Below are positions 36,044 through 48,700 of a stretch of DNA of 64,000 bases, in pieces. The translations under genes were made by a program, and so were the position numbers. The stretch is from Bugula neritina (Eukaryota > Animalia > Bryozoa), in assembly GCA_964035545.1 (NCBI GenBank), contig OZ037770.1, positions 15,676,642 through 15,740,641 of the forward strand, read 5' to 3'. Each line of letters starts with the position of its first letter. Position 1 is the first letter of the stretch. Under the pieces are notes generated by a model, which was not told the DNA's origin, ran no database searches, and saw nothing but the letters and a program-made list of their open reading frames with translations.

Positions 36044-37126
36044 CCCTAGAGTAGAACTCTGTAGATATCTCTGTGCAGTTTATAGATGACTGATTAGACT
36101 TGTCTGTGTCAGTATGTATACTCAGTATAAAGTAACTCAACTAATACTCAGTATAAAGTAACTTAACTAATACTCAGTATCAAGTAACTCAACTAATACT
36201 CAGTATCAAGTAACTCAACTAATACTCAGTATACAGTATCGTAGCTAACCTACTACTCTACTGTTCGACAAACAAATGACTGCACTCCAATGAATGAACT
36301 CAGCATATAATAGAATGTTATTTGAATGCCTGCCCATTGTCGCACAGGACACGCCTTACATTGGCCAATGAGCACGTACAGTATAACTGTGTAGGAGTTT
36401 TACAATAAATGACGTCAGGGCAAACATGTGGGCAATCATGAGGGCAAACGTGGGGCAAGAAAACATGAATAATATGTTTCATTCGTCTATAAATACAAAA
36501 GAACATTAAAATGTTTGTTTTTAGAAAATTGCATGTATTGAAAATGAAAATATTTATAGCACCCATTTTAATACTCCAAACTAGTGAAGTGAAAGTGTTA
36601 TACACACGCAGTCTCTAGCTGTTGGCTGACACTCAAAGAGAGAGTGGTAGGTGTTGAGATGTTAACTGGGCCAGACTAGCTCTCAATACAGTGAAGAATA
36701 AACTAAGAACCTAACCTGATAGCTAACTGGTTGGAGAGCTCACCTTGCCTACCCTAACTGACGCAGATAGTGGAGTTATAATTGATATTGTAGAGTTTCT
36801 ATAACACTGGGTGAGATGTTGGTATGAATGAATGTTACGTAACGTTTGCATTTCCACCTTGCATCAGGTGTAGAGTGCATGCAAAGAAATAATTTATGCA
36901 AATTGAATGCTTCAAATAGAAATTAAAATCAGTTTAAACTAGATAAGTAATATAATTAGTAAATATAATATAATATAATTAGTAAATACAATATAATATA
37001 AGATAATCTAAGGAGTACATGTTTTCACTTTATTTCCAGAAGTTGACCAGATAAAAAGATAATTGATGAGGACAAGTTGTAGTAACAAATGTATGACTTG
37101 TTTCCCATATATATTTACATTCTACA

Positions 37127-37330
37127 TGTCTACCACAGTCTGTCTGTTTGTCTACCACAGTCTGTCTGTTAGTCTACCGCAGTCTGTCTGTTAGTCTACC
37201 GCAGTCTGTCTGTTAGTCTACCACAGTCTGTCTGTTAGTCTACCACAGTCTGTCTGTTAGTCTACCACAGTCTGTCTGTTAGTCTACCACAGTCTGTCTG
37301 TTAGTCTACCACAGTCTGTCTGTTTGTCTA
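37127..37330. repeat. 22-bp repeat just downstream of the ARP6 stop codon
   Basis: tctaccacagtctgtctgttag, ~9 copies. Confidence 0.93.
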
Positions 37331-37336
37331 ACGGTG

Positions 37337-40300
37337 TCATAGGATTTCATGTTTATTCTCGAGAAACACGTTGGCTCCATGTTCGTTGTAAGCTTCCCTT
37401 GAAACGGCAACTTTCTGGAACTGCGAGCTGCCAGCCAGAGTCTTGCCTCCTTCCCAGGCGTACGAGATGGGGCTGGAAGTATTACATCAGTCATCATGTG
37501 ACACGCTGGCAAACAACACTCATTACTCACTCATGTATTTTTATATAAAATGTTTGAAAATGGAAACGGAGGAGGTCGTGGGAGTAAAATAAATCACCAG
37601 AAAGCAATTTATTTAATAATATTTCAAACATTAAAAGACGGGTTGGAATGTATCCTACATGAAATGTAGAGCTTGAAAATGTAAGTATTCAATACCCTCG
37701 TTCAGTGGGTGTATATTATATCATGCGTATTACGTATAGATTATATATATATATAACATTACATGAATACGTGAAGTAAATAAACATTGGGAGTCTAAAG
37801 TCTATCTGGAACATGTACCAACATAATAAATGTAGTTTTTGCTTCAAAGTGACAATTGAAAGCAGATTAGCATAAATTTAAATACAACTGACAGACATAT
37901 GAGAAAGTGGAAGTACACAAGGTGAGTTGTATATTATGGATAGAGTCTTATTCATGTATCTTAAATCAATGGTTTTAGGTATAATGGCACTGGTAAGAAT
38001 GCTGACTCTCTCACTCACATATGCTGACTCTCTCACACATATGCTGACTCTCTCACTCACATGCTGACTCTCTCACTCACATGCTGACTTTCTCACACAC
38101 ATGAGGTTGTTGCACAGACATCTAACGTGAGAACAGAACAGGTTGAGTATTCTATTTGACTAGTAGTGTCGTAACCAAGTGATTGTAACAAGTGCAATAA
38201 ACTGCTTGTCATTCTTATGACTGAAACAAAAGACTGTATTGAGGAGTTATTGTGTAACAAAGGTTATAGAGACAAGCAGAGTCATGTAAGCTGAGTAGAA
38301 TCATGTGGCCTGCGTAGAGTCGCATATCTAGATTGAGCGATAAAATACGTATATGGTGGAGAACTCTTTACATGTTGCTGGAAACTCACTACGTCTGGCC
38401 ACATGAATTTAAATTCCAGGCTGCAGGAGTTACCTGTCCTTGCAATACAAACACAGTACAATTTATTTACTGCCATGTTATAAATTATGTCGCTATTCTC
38501 AGTGCTATCGATTGAAAGTAAAATGTAAAGCTGAAAAATGGGCTCACTCAATAGTTTTCAGCCAATCAGATTAATATATTTGTCTAGCATGTTGACAGCT
38601 GCACAAAGCTGACACTATTTTAGTTTATAAAGCTGAATAAATTGATAGAATATATTTGAATATTCTGCCAATAGGGCACTCCCAGAGTGGCGCTGACACA
38701 AGTGAGTGAAGCTGACACAAGTGAGTGATATTCACACACAGCTGACCCTGTCATGCTGTCTCATATTATACTCTAGAATAAAAGAGCCGGGTACTAATCA
38801 GAAGTAAAAACTGAAAAGACAGACTAGTTATGACAGGAAATAATCACGCCGTGTCACGGTGACATACGATTACGGAAAATTAGTAATAGAGAAACTGATA
38901 TTCTACTGATGATAGCGCAATTAATTGTTGTCATTAGTCAATGATATTCATTCAGCGAAACTAATGCGGTGGGATGAACACTTGGTTCACAATACAAACA
39001 TGAATAATTTTGGATCTTGTGTGACCACAGATTGCACTAAAAGCATGTGAGTTTCTGTGTGTACACAATAGCCTATTTCTGTGCGTACACAATAGCCTAT
39101 TTCTGTTCGTACACAATAGCCTATTTCTGTGTTTAGCTTAGGTTGATAAGTTATAAAACTTATACACGAAATTTCTGATCTACTATTTAGAGAACTCTGT
39201 TGTATCTCGTTTTATTAAAAACATGTTCTATTTTTGTCTCACTAATCACAACAGAACTTAAATTGCCAAAACTAGATAAGAATTGTCCCCACCACACACA
39301 CACACACACACAGTTACATACATGTCTACCAGAACCACACAATACACATACACAGTTACATACATGTTTACAAGAACCACACAGCACACATACACAGTTA
39401 CATACATGTTTACAAGAACCACACAACACACACACACACACACACACACACAGTTACATACATGTCTACCAGAACCACACACACACACACACAGTTACAT
39501 ACATGTCTACAAGAACCACACAGCACACATATCTTGGTTACAACTCAGATACAGGTATGGAGTTACACACCCATGAAAATAAACTTGTAGCACATTCAGT
39601 TCACACATACAATGTCCTCAATTGAATCCCATCTTGGACAACCGGACAGTGATGATGAGGTCCAGTAGAGAAGATAACTGCTAAAACTATAATCCACAGG
39701 TAAAATCATAGTCCGTAGGTAAAATTATAGTCCATACGTAAAATTATAGTGCGTAGGTAAAACTATAGTCTGTAGGTTAAATTATAGTGCATAGGTAAAT
39801 CTAGAAACCATGTGGAAATATTATCGTACTGTATTTTATCATTTGGCTCCCCACCAGACACCTTTTGAGTCTTATGTTATGTGTATGAGTTGCTATAGCG
39901 ATAGTTGCCACGGTAACTGTATAACAATCACTCCACCACTGCAGAATAACCCTCACGCTGTCAACACTGAGCGCAACAGCGGCAGCAGCTGAACCAAATT
40001 CTCTAAACAATTGAGACAAGAGCGACAGGACAGACTGCGAGAGCACACAACTCTGAAACTATACTCAACTGAAGGGTGTTGAATACTGTGTGTAACTCAA
40101 CAGTGTACTCTGAATATAGGAAAGTTTGTTGGTATGAGAGTTATCTTATCATGGTATACAGTAGGGGAGATCTGCAGCATAGCTACTCAGGTGATATCTG
40201 CATACACATTGGGTACATTAACTTAGCCTTAGGTGGCATACATTAGCTTTAGATACTGTAGTACAGAGTAGTAAGGAACAGAACTACATGGCTTAGCTTC

Positions 40301-43300
40301 AGATCCTACAATACAGCCTCAGACACTGTGTTATAGCCTAAGATCTCATCTAACCTATAGAGGAGAACTTACTTAGCAGGAAGATGAACTTTGACATCAA
40401 AGAATATGTCAGTAGAGCTTCTCACATCGTCAAACCTACAATCAGACAGAGTACTCTCAGGGGTGGAGCGAGATGGTACAATATTGTTAGGGGGTGGAGC
40501 GAGATAGCATTATATTGTTAGGGGGTGGAGCAAGAAGGTATAATATTGTTAAGGGGTGAAGCGAGATGGTATAATATTGTTAGGGGTGGAGCGAGAAGGT
40601 ATAATATTGATAAGGGGTGGAGCAAGAAGGTATAACATTGTTAAGGGGTGGAGCAAGAAGGTATAATATTGATAGGGGGTAACTCACACTCTCTGCTTGA
40701 AGCCGGGGAAGAGAGAGTTCCCTCCAGTTAGAACGATGTTAGACGTGAAGTGAGGCTGCATTGCTGTAAAACATTTCATCCTGTTACAGAATTCACAGGA
40801 GACCTAAATTATCACATATAATAACATAACACAAGAATAATATAATATAATAATATAATATTATAATAACATAACATAATAATAATATAATAAAGAGGTA
40901 CCGGGGTCAGTTAGGCTGATGACATGATTGATGGCCTCAGCCAGTCCGATCTGCTCGATGCCGATGTCGGAGGGTCTAAACAGCACCTCGGGAACTGAGA
41001 ATCTCTCGCTGTTCATTCTGATTACCTGCGTGTAGCATATACTATAGTACTGTATTACCTGCGTACAGTATATATTATAGTATTGTATTACCTGCGTACA
41101 GTATATATTATAGTATTGTATTACCTGCGTACAGTATATATTATAGTACTGTATTACCTGTGTGTAGTATATATTATAGTATTGTATTACCTGCGTACAG
41201 TGAGATATGCAGATTATATACTATGTATAATATATTATGTATAATACACTAGAATGATACACAGTACATAGTATTATATCGTATTTATAGTAGAAGAACT
41301 AGAAGGCAATAGACTAAGGACCTGCTGCTGTTTGTTAGCTGGTTGGTCGGGTGTACGAACATAGCCCCGCTTCACTAGAGTGTAGTCTGGGAGGACGTAG
41401 TCCATTGCTAAGGTGTTGGACTTTCCTTTCAATCTGCAAATGAAATACTAGAGGTTGTTAGATGAATAGCTGATGCTAACTGACACATATACTGACACAT
41501 GTACTGACATATATGCTGACACATATGCTGACGCATACTATATACTGACACATACACTGATACTAGCTGATACATATACTGATACTAACTGATACATATA
41601 CTGATACTGATACATATACTGATACTAACTGATACATATACTGACACATATACTGATACTAACTGATGCATATACTGACACATATACTGATACATATGCT
41701 GACACATATATTGACACATACTAGATACTAACACATATGCTGACACATACTAGATACATATACTGACACATATACTGACTAAACTGATACCTGCTGTGGA
41801 CCATGTCCTTCTGAAACTGAGTAGACACAAAACATACGTCTTCCTTACACTGATTCATCACGTAGCTTTCATCCATCACCATTAGTTGTCTGTGAGGTAT
41901 CAGAACGTTAGTATAATATTATAGCATAGTATACCTGTATGATAGTATAACTGTATGATAGTATACCTGTATGATAGTACACCTGTATGATAGTACACCT
42001 GTATGATAGTATACCTGTATGATAGTATACCTGTATCAGAGCTTACCTGTATGATAGTATACCTGTATCAGAGCTTACCTGTATGAGATGATATCTTTGA
42101 GATGATTGGTCAGCTGTTTCCCACCTACATCCAGCCTGTAAGAAAACTAAACTCCATAACTGAGTTATAACTATTCTGTTTCTGTATCAACTGGGAGTAT
42201 AGAACAAGTCATACACTATCAACTAGTACAGCATGAGTTACCTCTTAGAATACTGCTGGAGTCGCCTTCCCTTATAGTAAGGAGTGATGTGTGTGAAGGA
42301 ATACCCGCTGTCGACCACTAACGTACAAGCCGGGGCTGTTTCCTGTTGACTCGTGTACTTGAGTTGACTCAGATACGAAGCTGGAAAGTTACAGAAAACT
42401 GAGGTCAGGACTGGAGGATTTAAGAGTGAAAAGTACGAGTTAACAGAAGGTGTTGTAGGAGTTATCATCTCTAATGTACAACTAGCAACTTACAGTTACA
42501 CTTGAATGAAGACCTGAACTGATATTCTTCGAATATGATCTCAGCCATGGCTTCCTGAACTGTGGTGAAGTTGTGGAGAGGCTCTGTTATGATCAGATCT
42601 GTCTCATCAAAGTCTACCTTTTGACACAAGAAGAAAATCAGTAGAATAGAGCAGATACAGGGCAGAGAGAAGAAGGGAAAGTAACAAGAATCAGAACAGA
42701 GGAGAAAGATACAGCATAGAATGAGGGAGAGAGAGAGTAGCTGTATCTAAACCTGTAAGCAACTCTTTCCATAGACATAGTCCCAGACTTGTTTTTCAAT
42801 TTCCCAATTCACAAGATACCCCTAAAACAAAAAAAATTAAAGTAGCAGTTATATAGTTTGACTGTCTGGTTATGCCACATACACTGCAGGCTCTTCTCTA
42901 AACTACTAGTGAAATGTAAATATGACAATAACATTCAACTAAAGATTTATCCTCAGCATCCAATAAAGCAAATAGTTGACAGCCAGTGACTTAAAGTTAC
43001 AGCAATTCTCCTTATTATATGTTCAGAATGTTTTATTGTTCATAGTTCTGCCCAATCAATAATTTCAAAGCTACTGGAAATACAGGACTCTTCAAGTACC
43101 TTTTGGAAAGGTAGAAGATAGAATAACCCAGAGAGATCTTTACACTCATCTATCTGATCACCAATGAAGCAACGACTTCTTACCGTCTTAGCCTTCATTA
43201 CACAGTTGGGCATAACCCTGTAATTTGTGAAGAATAACAGATCACATACTAATACAAAGTCGATAGATGATTAAATGATCTAAGGTTTGATAACTTATAG

Positions 43301-44096
43301 TTATAGTCATACTCAGAATGAGTAATTTTCTCTCATGTTTGAGTGACAGACAGGTATTTCTACCACAATGACTAGTCAAATATTAGCATATTAGTATTAG
43401 GTATAGGTATAGCTCTTCATGTCATTTTACAAATATAAATTATAATGTTTAGGTTCAACATAATGATGAAGTTGAAACTAAAACAATATATCATTATTTT
43501 TATTTTACATGAACATCATTAATTTTATCATTATGATTACCTGTCAGACTCAGTGTCTGATTATCATTATTTATTATCATCACGGCTTATGATCATCAGT
43601 CACACCAACCATTCAACAACTTTCAGTTTTTTATTAAAAGGTGGTGCACCATTAAATTCCCATTATCATTATGATTACACCTGCAACATGAATATTACTT
43701 TGAATACCCGCCGTTGTTATTGTTACTCATATTGAGGTTATTTAGCACACCTTTGACAATTACCACTCATAAAGCTAATAGTAATAACACCGATGGCGAC
43801 ACCGACTGTCAAACTGATAGTGATAATCATTATGATTACACCTGCAACATGAATATTACTTTGAATACCCACCGTTGTTATTGTTATTCATATTGAGCTT
43901 ATCATTTACTTTTAGCACACCTTTGACAATAACTACTCATAAAGCTAATAGTAATAACACCGATGACGACACCGTGACATCATGATGTAAAACTAAATGA
44001 GAATAATTTAATTTTAAATTATTACCTGGGATTTTCTGCATCAGAAAACTCTGCTTTAACAGAGCCTGCTCCATTGTCAAGGACTAATACCACCAT
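37337..44096 (-). CDS. ACTR6: Actin-related protein 6 (SWR1/SRCAP subunit)
   Basis: Exons encode [133 protein letters not shown]. Last exon 37472-37337 ([10 protein letters not shown]). Confidence 0.96.
39290..39530. repeat. CA-containing compound repeat in the last ARP6 intron
   Basis: (ca)n + agttacatacatgt(c/t)tac(c/a)agaac units. Confidence 0.9.
40460..40680. repeat. ~30-bp repeat filling an ARP6 intron
   Basis: ggggtggagcgagatggtataatattgtta units. Confidence 0.88.
41022..41200 (-). repeat. ~35-bp repeat spanning an ARP6 acceptor (cgcag|gtaat)
   Basis: attacctgcgtacagtatatattatagt units on the + strand. Confidence 0.9.
41930..42084 (-). repeat. ~16-bp repeat spanning an ARP6 donor (atacag|gt)
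   Basis: acctgtatgatagtat / cttacctgtat units. Confidence 0.88.
43663..43975. repeat. ~160-bp direct duplication in ARP6 intron 1
   Basis: cattatgattacacctgcaac...aataacaccgatg(g/a)cgacacc occurs twice. Confidence 0.9.
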
Positions 44097-45540
44097 GCTA
44101 ATTAATTAACTGACACTGGCAGAATATTTGCTTTTTGTTGATTTTTAAATAATAATATTTTATGCTAAAATCAAACTTTTATCGACATTTTACAATTACA
44201 ATAGAGTTACTGAAGACAGGGCTTGGGAAGAAAATAACATTAAAAAGTGAGAAGGAATTTAATTGGAGACGGTTACTGAAACAACCTGTTTTCCCAAGAT
44301 CAACCCAATGGTTGCGCATTACAAAGCACAAGTAATACTAAGAGCAGACAACTCCATTTAATTTTCAACGCCACGGATATCTTGATCACACAAATTGTGG
44401 TTTAAAAAGCTTTGTGGGTTATTCCAATATAAAGTCTAGATGAAAGCTACTTTCCAAGGAATCTTTACTATATATAAACATGTTATCAGCTTCGAGTGAA
44501 CATGTAATATAATCTGTTATAATTGCACAACCGTTCTCCTATAAAACTAATGTTTTGCTTCAGAGCCAGTCACTACTAACCATCTTTATACACCAGTAAT
44601 AAGTTTCTTTCTCCCCACTCTTGTCCTGTTCGGGTAACTGGATACACCAACAATAAGTATCAGCATAGTATTATATTCAATATATTATAACCCACAATCA
44701 TTGGTTTTAAAAGTAAATTGATTTAAATCAAGTTGCTTCCTATTTTATCATATGCTCAACCTTGACCCCCATAATCAAGTCATTACTCTTCTACCAAGTT
44801 AGAATTAGTTGCAAGCTGCCAATACTATTTTTGTTGTTTGGCCTGTTCTCCCAGACATTAGGAGCAGCTATTACAAAGTCAGCATTTAGCCCCTATTGAG
44901 AATTTTATAAGAAACAAAGTGAAAAGAAGTGTTGAATATTGCAAGCCTCTATTATATGGCAGGTATGTTGTATTTATTTAGTAATATAATAAAATCCTAA
45001 AGCAGTAGTAATAACTGATAAGATATAGCTGTATACAGTGAACAACAGGAAACCTAACTAGTACCGAGCTTGAAGCACATTAAATATCAACAAATTAAAA
45101 TGTATAAAAATAAATAATTACAATTTACATAATTTCAAGATGAATGTTTACAGAAATATACATGGAAGTATTGCATTGGAGCGGTCCATTCATACTATCC
45201 AATTATGCTTCAAACTCAACACAAGTTTAAAATAATTGCCGGCTTCAAACTCTAGACTAACTAATATATAGAACAGGAATTACTCAATAAGATGGGATAA
45301 TCTGTACAACAGCAGCAGGTGTTAGTATATGGTCACAAGCTGCAAGCTTACAACAACTCAATCAACATAACATTGCTTGATGTCATAAATATAACTCTGC
45401 AGAGCAAGTGGTGCTTCATGAATACACCCTCTCCCCCCCCCCAAGTGGTGCGCCCTAAATATAGTCTTATCTGCAATGTTGAAAACCTGCAGGGAAAATG
45501 GCAGACAGAAAAATTTGACTTCCTAAGTGTGCAAAGAATT

Positions 45541-45744
45541 TACAGCAGACGTGTAGAGTCTGTAGCAGACGTGTAGAGTTTGTAGCAGACGTGTAGAGTC
45601 TGTAGCAGACGTGTAGAGTCTGTAGCAGACGTGTAGAGTTTGTAGCAGACGTGTAGAGTCTGTAGCAGAAGTGTAGAATCTGTAGCAGACGTGTAGAGTC
45701 TGTAGCAGACGTGTAGAGTCTGTAGCAGACGTGTAGAGTCTACA
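45541..45744. repeat. 20-bp repeat just downstream of the POM121-like stop
   Basis: tgtagcagacgtgtagagtc, ~10 copies. Confidence 0.93.
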
Positions 45745-45764
45745 GATGATGAGGAATCAGCTTC

Positions 45765-48700
45765 TCATTTTCTAGATCGCCTGCTGCGAGCTGTAGACTT
45801 TGAGGTGCCCATGGAGAACATACCTGGACCTCCGGTAGGTGCAGAGGCACCAAACTGTGGTGTCGCTGAAAAGAGGAACAAATATGGAGTGGTTAGTAGA
45901 GGAGAAAGAGACCTAGAGTACTAGAAGATGAAATACTGGATGTGCAGTGAGAATACAATGAGATGGTACATTGAGATGGTACAATGAGATGGTACAATGA
46001 GATGGTACAATGAGATGTGACCAGAGGAATACAAGTAACAAACCTGATGTAGCACCAAACGTAGGAACTGTAGTAGAGCCAAAGTTGAACATAGGCTTAG
46101 CTTGGTCTGTAGTCTGAGAACCAGCTGCGAATGGATTAGAGTTGGGTTGGGGAGCAGATGCAGTGCCGAAAGGAGAAGGTTGAGCAGCACTAGATGTACC
46201 AAAGGTGCTGCCAAATACTGGGGTATCTACAAGATATATCAGTATAGCATAACAACACAGTATATATAATATTGTATGATATATGACATCACATACTCTG
46301 AGTAGAGTAGAGTAGGGTACAGAGTAGGGTACAGAGTAGAGAAAGGAGGTCACTTACTCTGACTTGAACTGCTGCCGAACACCGGCGTAGATGTTCCTGC
46401 AGTTCCAGAACTACCAAACACACCCGTCAAGTTGTTGGAACCAGCAGAGCCAAATGCAGGAGGATTTGCAGAGGCTCCAAAGGCTGGAGGTGCGTTTGTT
46501 GCACCGAATGTCGGGGGTTTGCTGGATGCCCCGAAGTTGAAGGAGGGAGTAGAGGAGGAGGTCTGGAAAGCAGCAGCACCAAAGTTAAAGGAGGAGGCAG
46601 CGGGTTGGGTCTGTGAGCCGAATGCTCCGGCCCCTGCTCCAGCGGATGACGTGGAAGTCTGGGTTGTGCTGAATATTCCTGAGAGAAGGGGAGATAAATC
46701 TTAACAAAAGTGTACTAGTACTATTAGTGCTAGTACACTTAGTAGTACTAGTAGCAGTAGTACTAGTACTACTGCTACTAGTACTACTGCTATTAGTACT
46801 ACTGCTACTGCTACTACTGCTACTACTACTGCTACTACTAGTACTACTACTACTACTACCAGTACTACTACTACTAGTACTAGTACTACTACTACTACTA
46901 CTAGTACTACTACTACTACTAGTACTACTTATACTACTACTACTACTAGTACTACTTATACTACTACTGCTACTGCTGCTACTAATGCTACCACTACCAC
47001 TACCAGTGCTACTACTAGTACTACTCACCAGGCAAGGTGGAGTTGGTTCCCCCAAACAGTGAAGAGGAGGTGGAGGCAGGTGCAGAAGGATTACCAAATA
47101 TGGAGCTGCCAGGCTGACTGCCAGAAGCTCCAAATGGCGTGGAAGAGCCAAAGGTGAAGCCGGTTGCTGAAGACGTGTCAGTTTTGGCAGCACCTGGTGG
47201 GCAGAAGTCAGCATACTTTATGATGGCAACAGACAGACAAACACTGTGAGACACACAGACAGACACTGTGATACACACATACACTATGAGACAGACAGAC
47301 AGACAGTGTGATACAGACAGACAGACAATGTGATACACACAGACAGACAGTGTTAGACGTATAGACTGAGTTCTACTCACCGAAAACTGATGTGGAGCTG
47401 GTAGTTACTGCTGCTGTCGACAAACTACTGGCAGCCTGTGAACCACCAAACGCAAATGTGGAGGAGGAGGGGGCGCTAGTCTGAGCCCCAAACACAAATG
47501 AAGAGGAGACGGATGAGGCTGTTGAAATAGCTGCAGGAACCTTAAAACCAGAGAAGGCTGTGGCGGGGTGAGACGAATTGGTACCAGTTGGAGCAGCTGT
47601 ACTGCTAGTGGGCGTGGCCCCAAAGGTGAAGGTCGAAGTTGGAGCTGCTGTACTGCTAGTGGGCGTGGCCCCAAAGGTGAAGGTAGAAGTTGGAGCTGCT
47701 GTACTGCTAGTGGGCGTGGCACCAAAGGTGAAGGTAGAAGTTGGAGCTGCTGTACTGCTAGTGGGCGTGGCCCCAAAGGTGAAGGTCGAAGTTGGAGCTG
47801 CTGTACTGCTAGTGGGCGTGGCACCAAAGCTGAAGGTCGAAGTTGGAGCTGCTGTACTGCTAGTGGGCGTGGCACCAAAGGTGAAGGTCGAAGTTGGAGC
47901 TGCTGTACTGCTAGTGGGCGTGGCACCAAAGCTGAAGGTCGAAGTTGGAGCTGCTGTACTGCTAGTGGGCGTGGCACCAAAGGTGAATCTCGAAGTTGGA
48001 GCACATGCAGTAGAACTGGTGAAACTTGCAGACGACATAAATGAAGCAGAAGGGAGAAGAGAAGAACTGGTAGCAGCAGTCGAAGTCTTAGAGTTATCAA
48101 ATGAAAATGTCGGAGGAGCTGGTTTAGCAGAGATAGTCTGAGAGCCAAAGGAGAAGGCTGCTGTAGTAGCGGGAGGTGGAGGATCTGAAGCTGAGGCTAA
48201 ACTGGCACCAAAGTTGAACGTTGGGAATGAAGACCTGAAGAAGAAACAAGCTAGATGTTAGTACCTAGTAACTAACATCTAGTGACTATGGACTAACAAC
48301 TAGTACCTAGTAACTAACAATTAGTACCTAGTAACTAACATCTAGTACCTAGTAACTAACATCTAGTACCTAGTAACTAACAACTAGTACCTAGTAACTA
48401 ACATCTAGTACCTAGTAACTAACATCTAGTACCTAGTAACTAACAACTAGTACCTAGTAACTAACATCTAGTACCTAGTAACTAACATCTAGTACCTAGT
48501 AACTAACAACTAGTACCTAGTAACTAACATCTAGTACCTAGTAACTAACATCTAGTACCTAGTAACTAACATCTAGTACCTAGTAACTAACATCTAGTGA
48601 CTATAAACTAGTAAATTCAAAATTAACAGTGAGTACTGACTAGTAAATAGTGACTACTCACCCAAACGTTGAAACAGCAGGAGTTATCTTCACCTGTTCG

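Noticed and set aside
38905-39690. Hammerhead-like cores (ctgatga...gaaa at ~38906; gatgaggtcc at ~39654)
   Set aside because: Stem II does not pair in the first, and the core is incomplete in the second.
39801-40046. Short ORF in the last ARP6 intron as an alternative final exon
   Set aside because: No ARP6 similarity; the conserved terminal exon is at 37472-37337.
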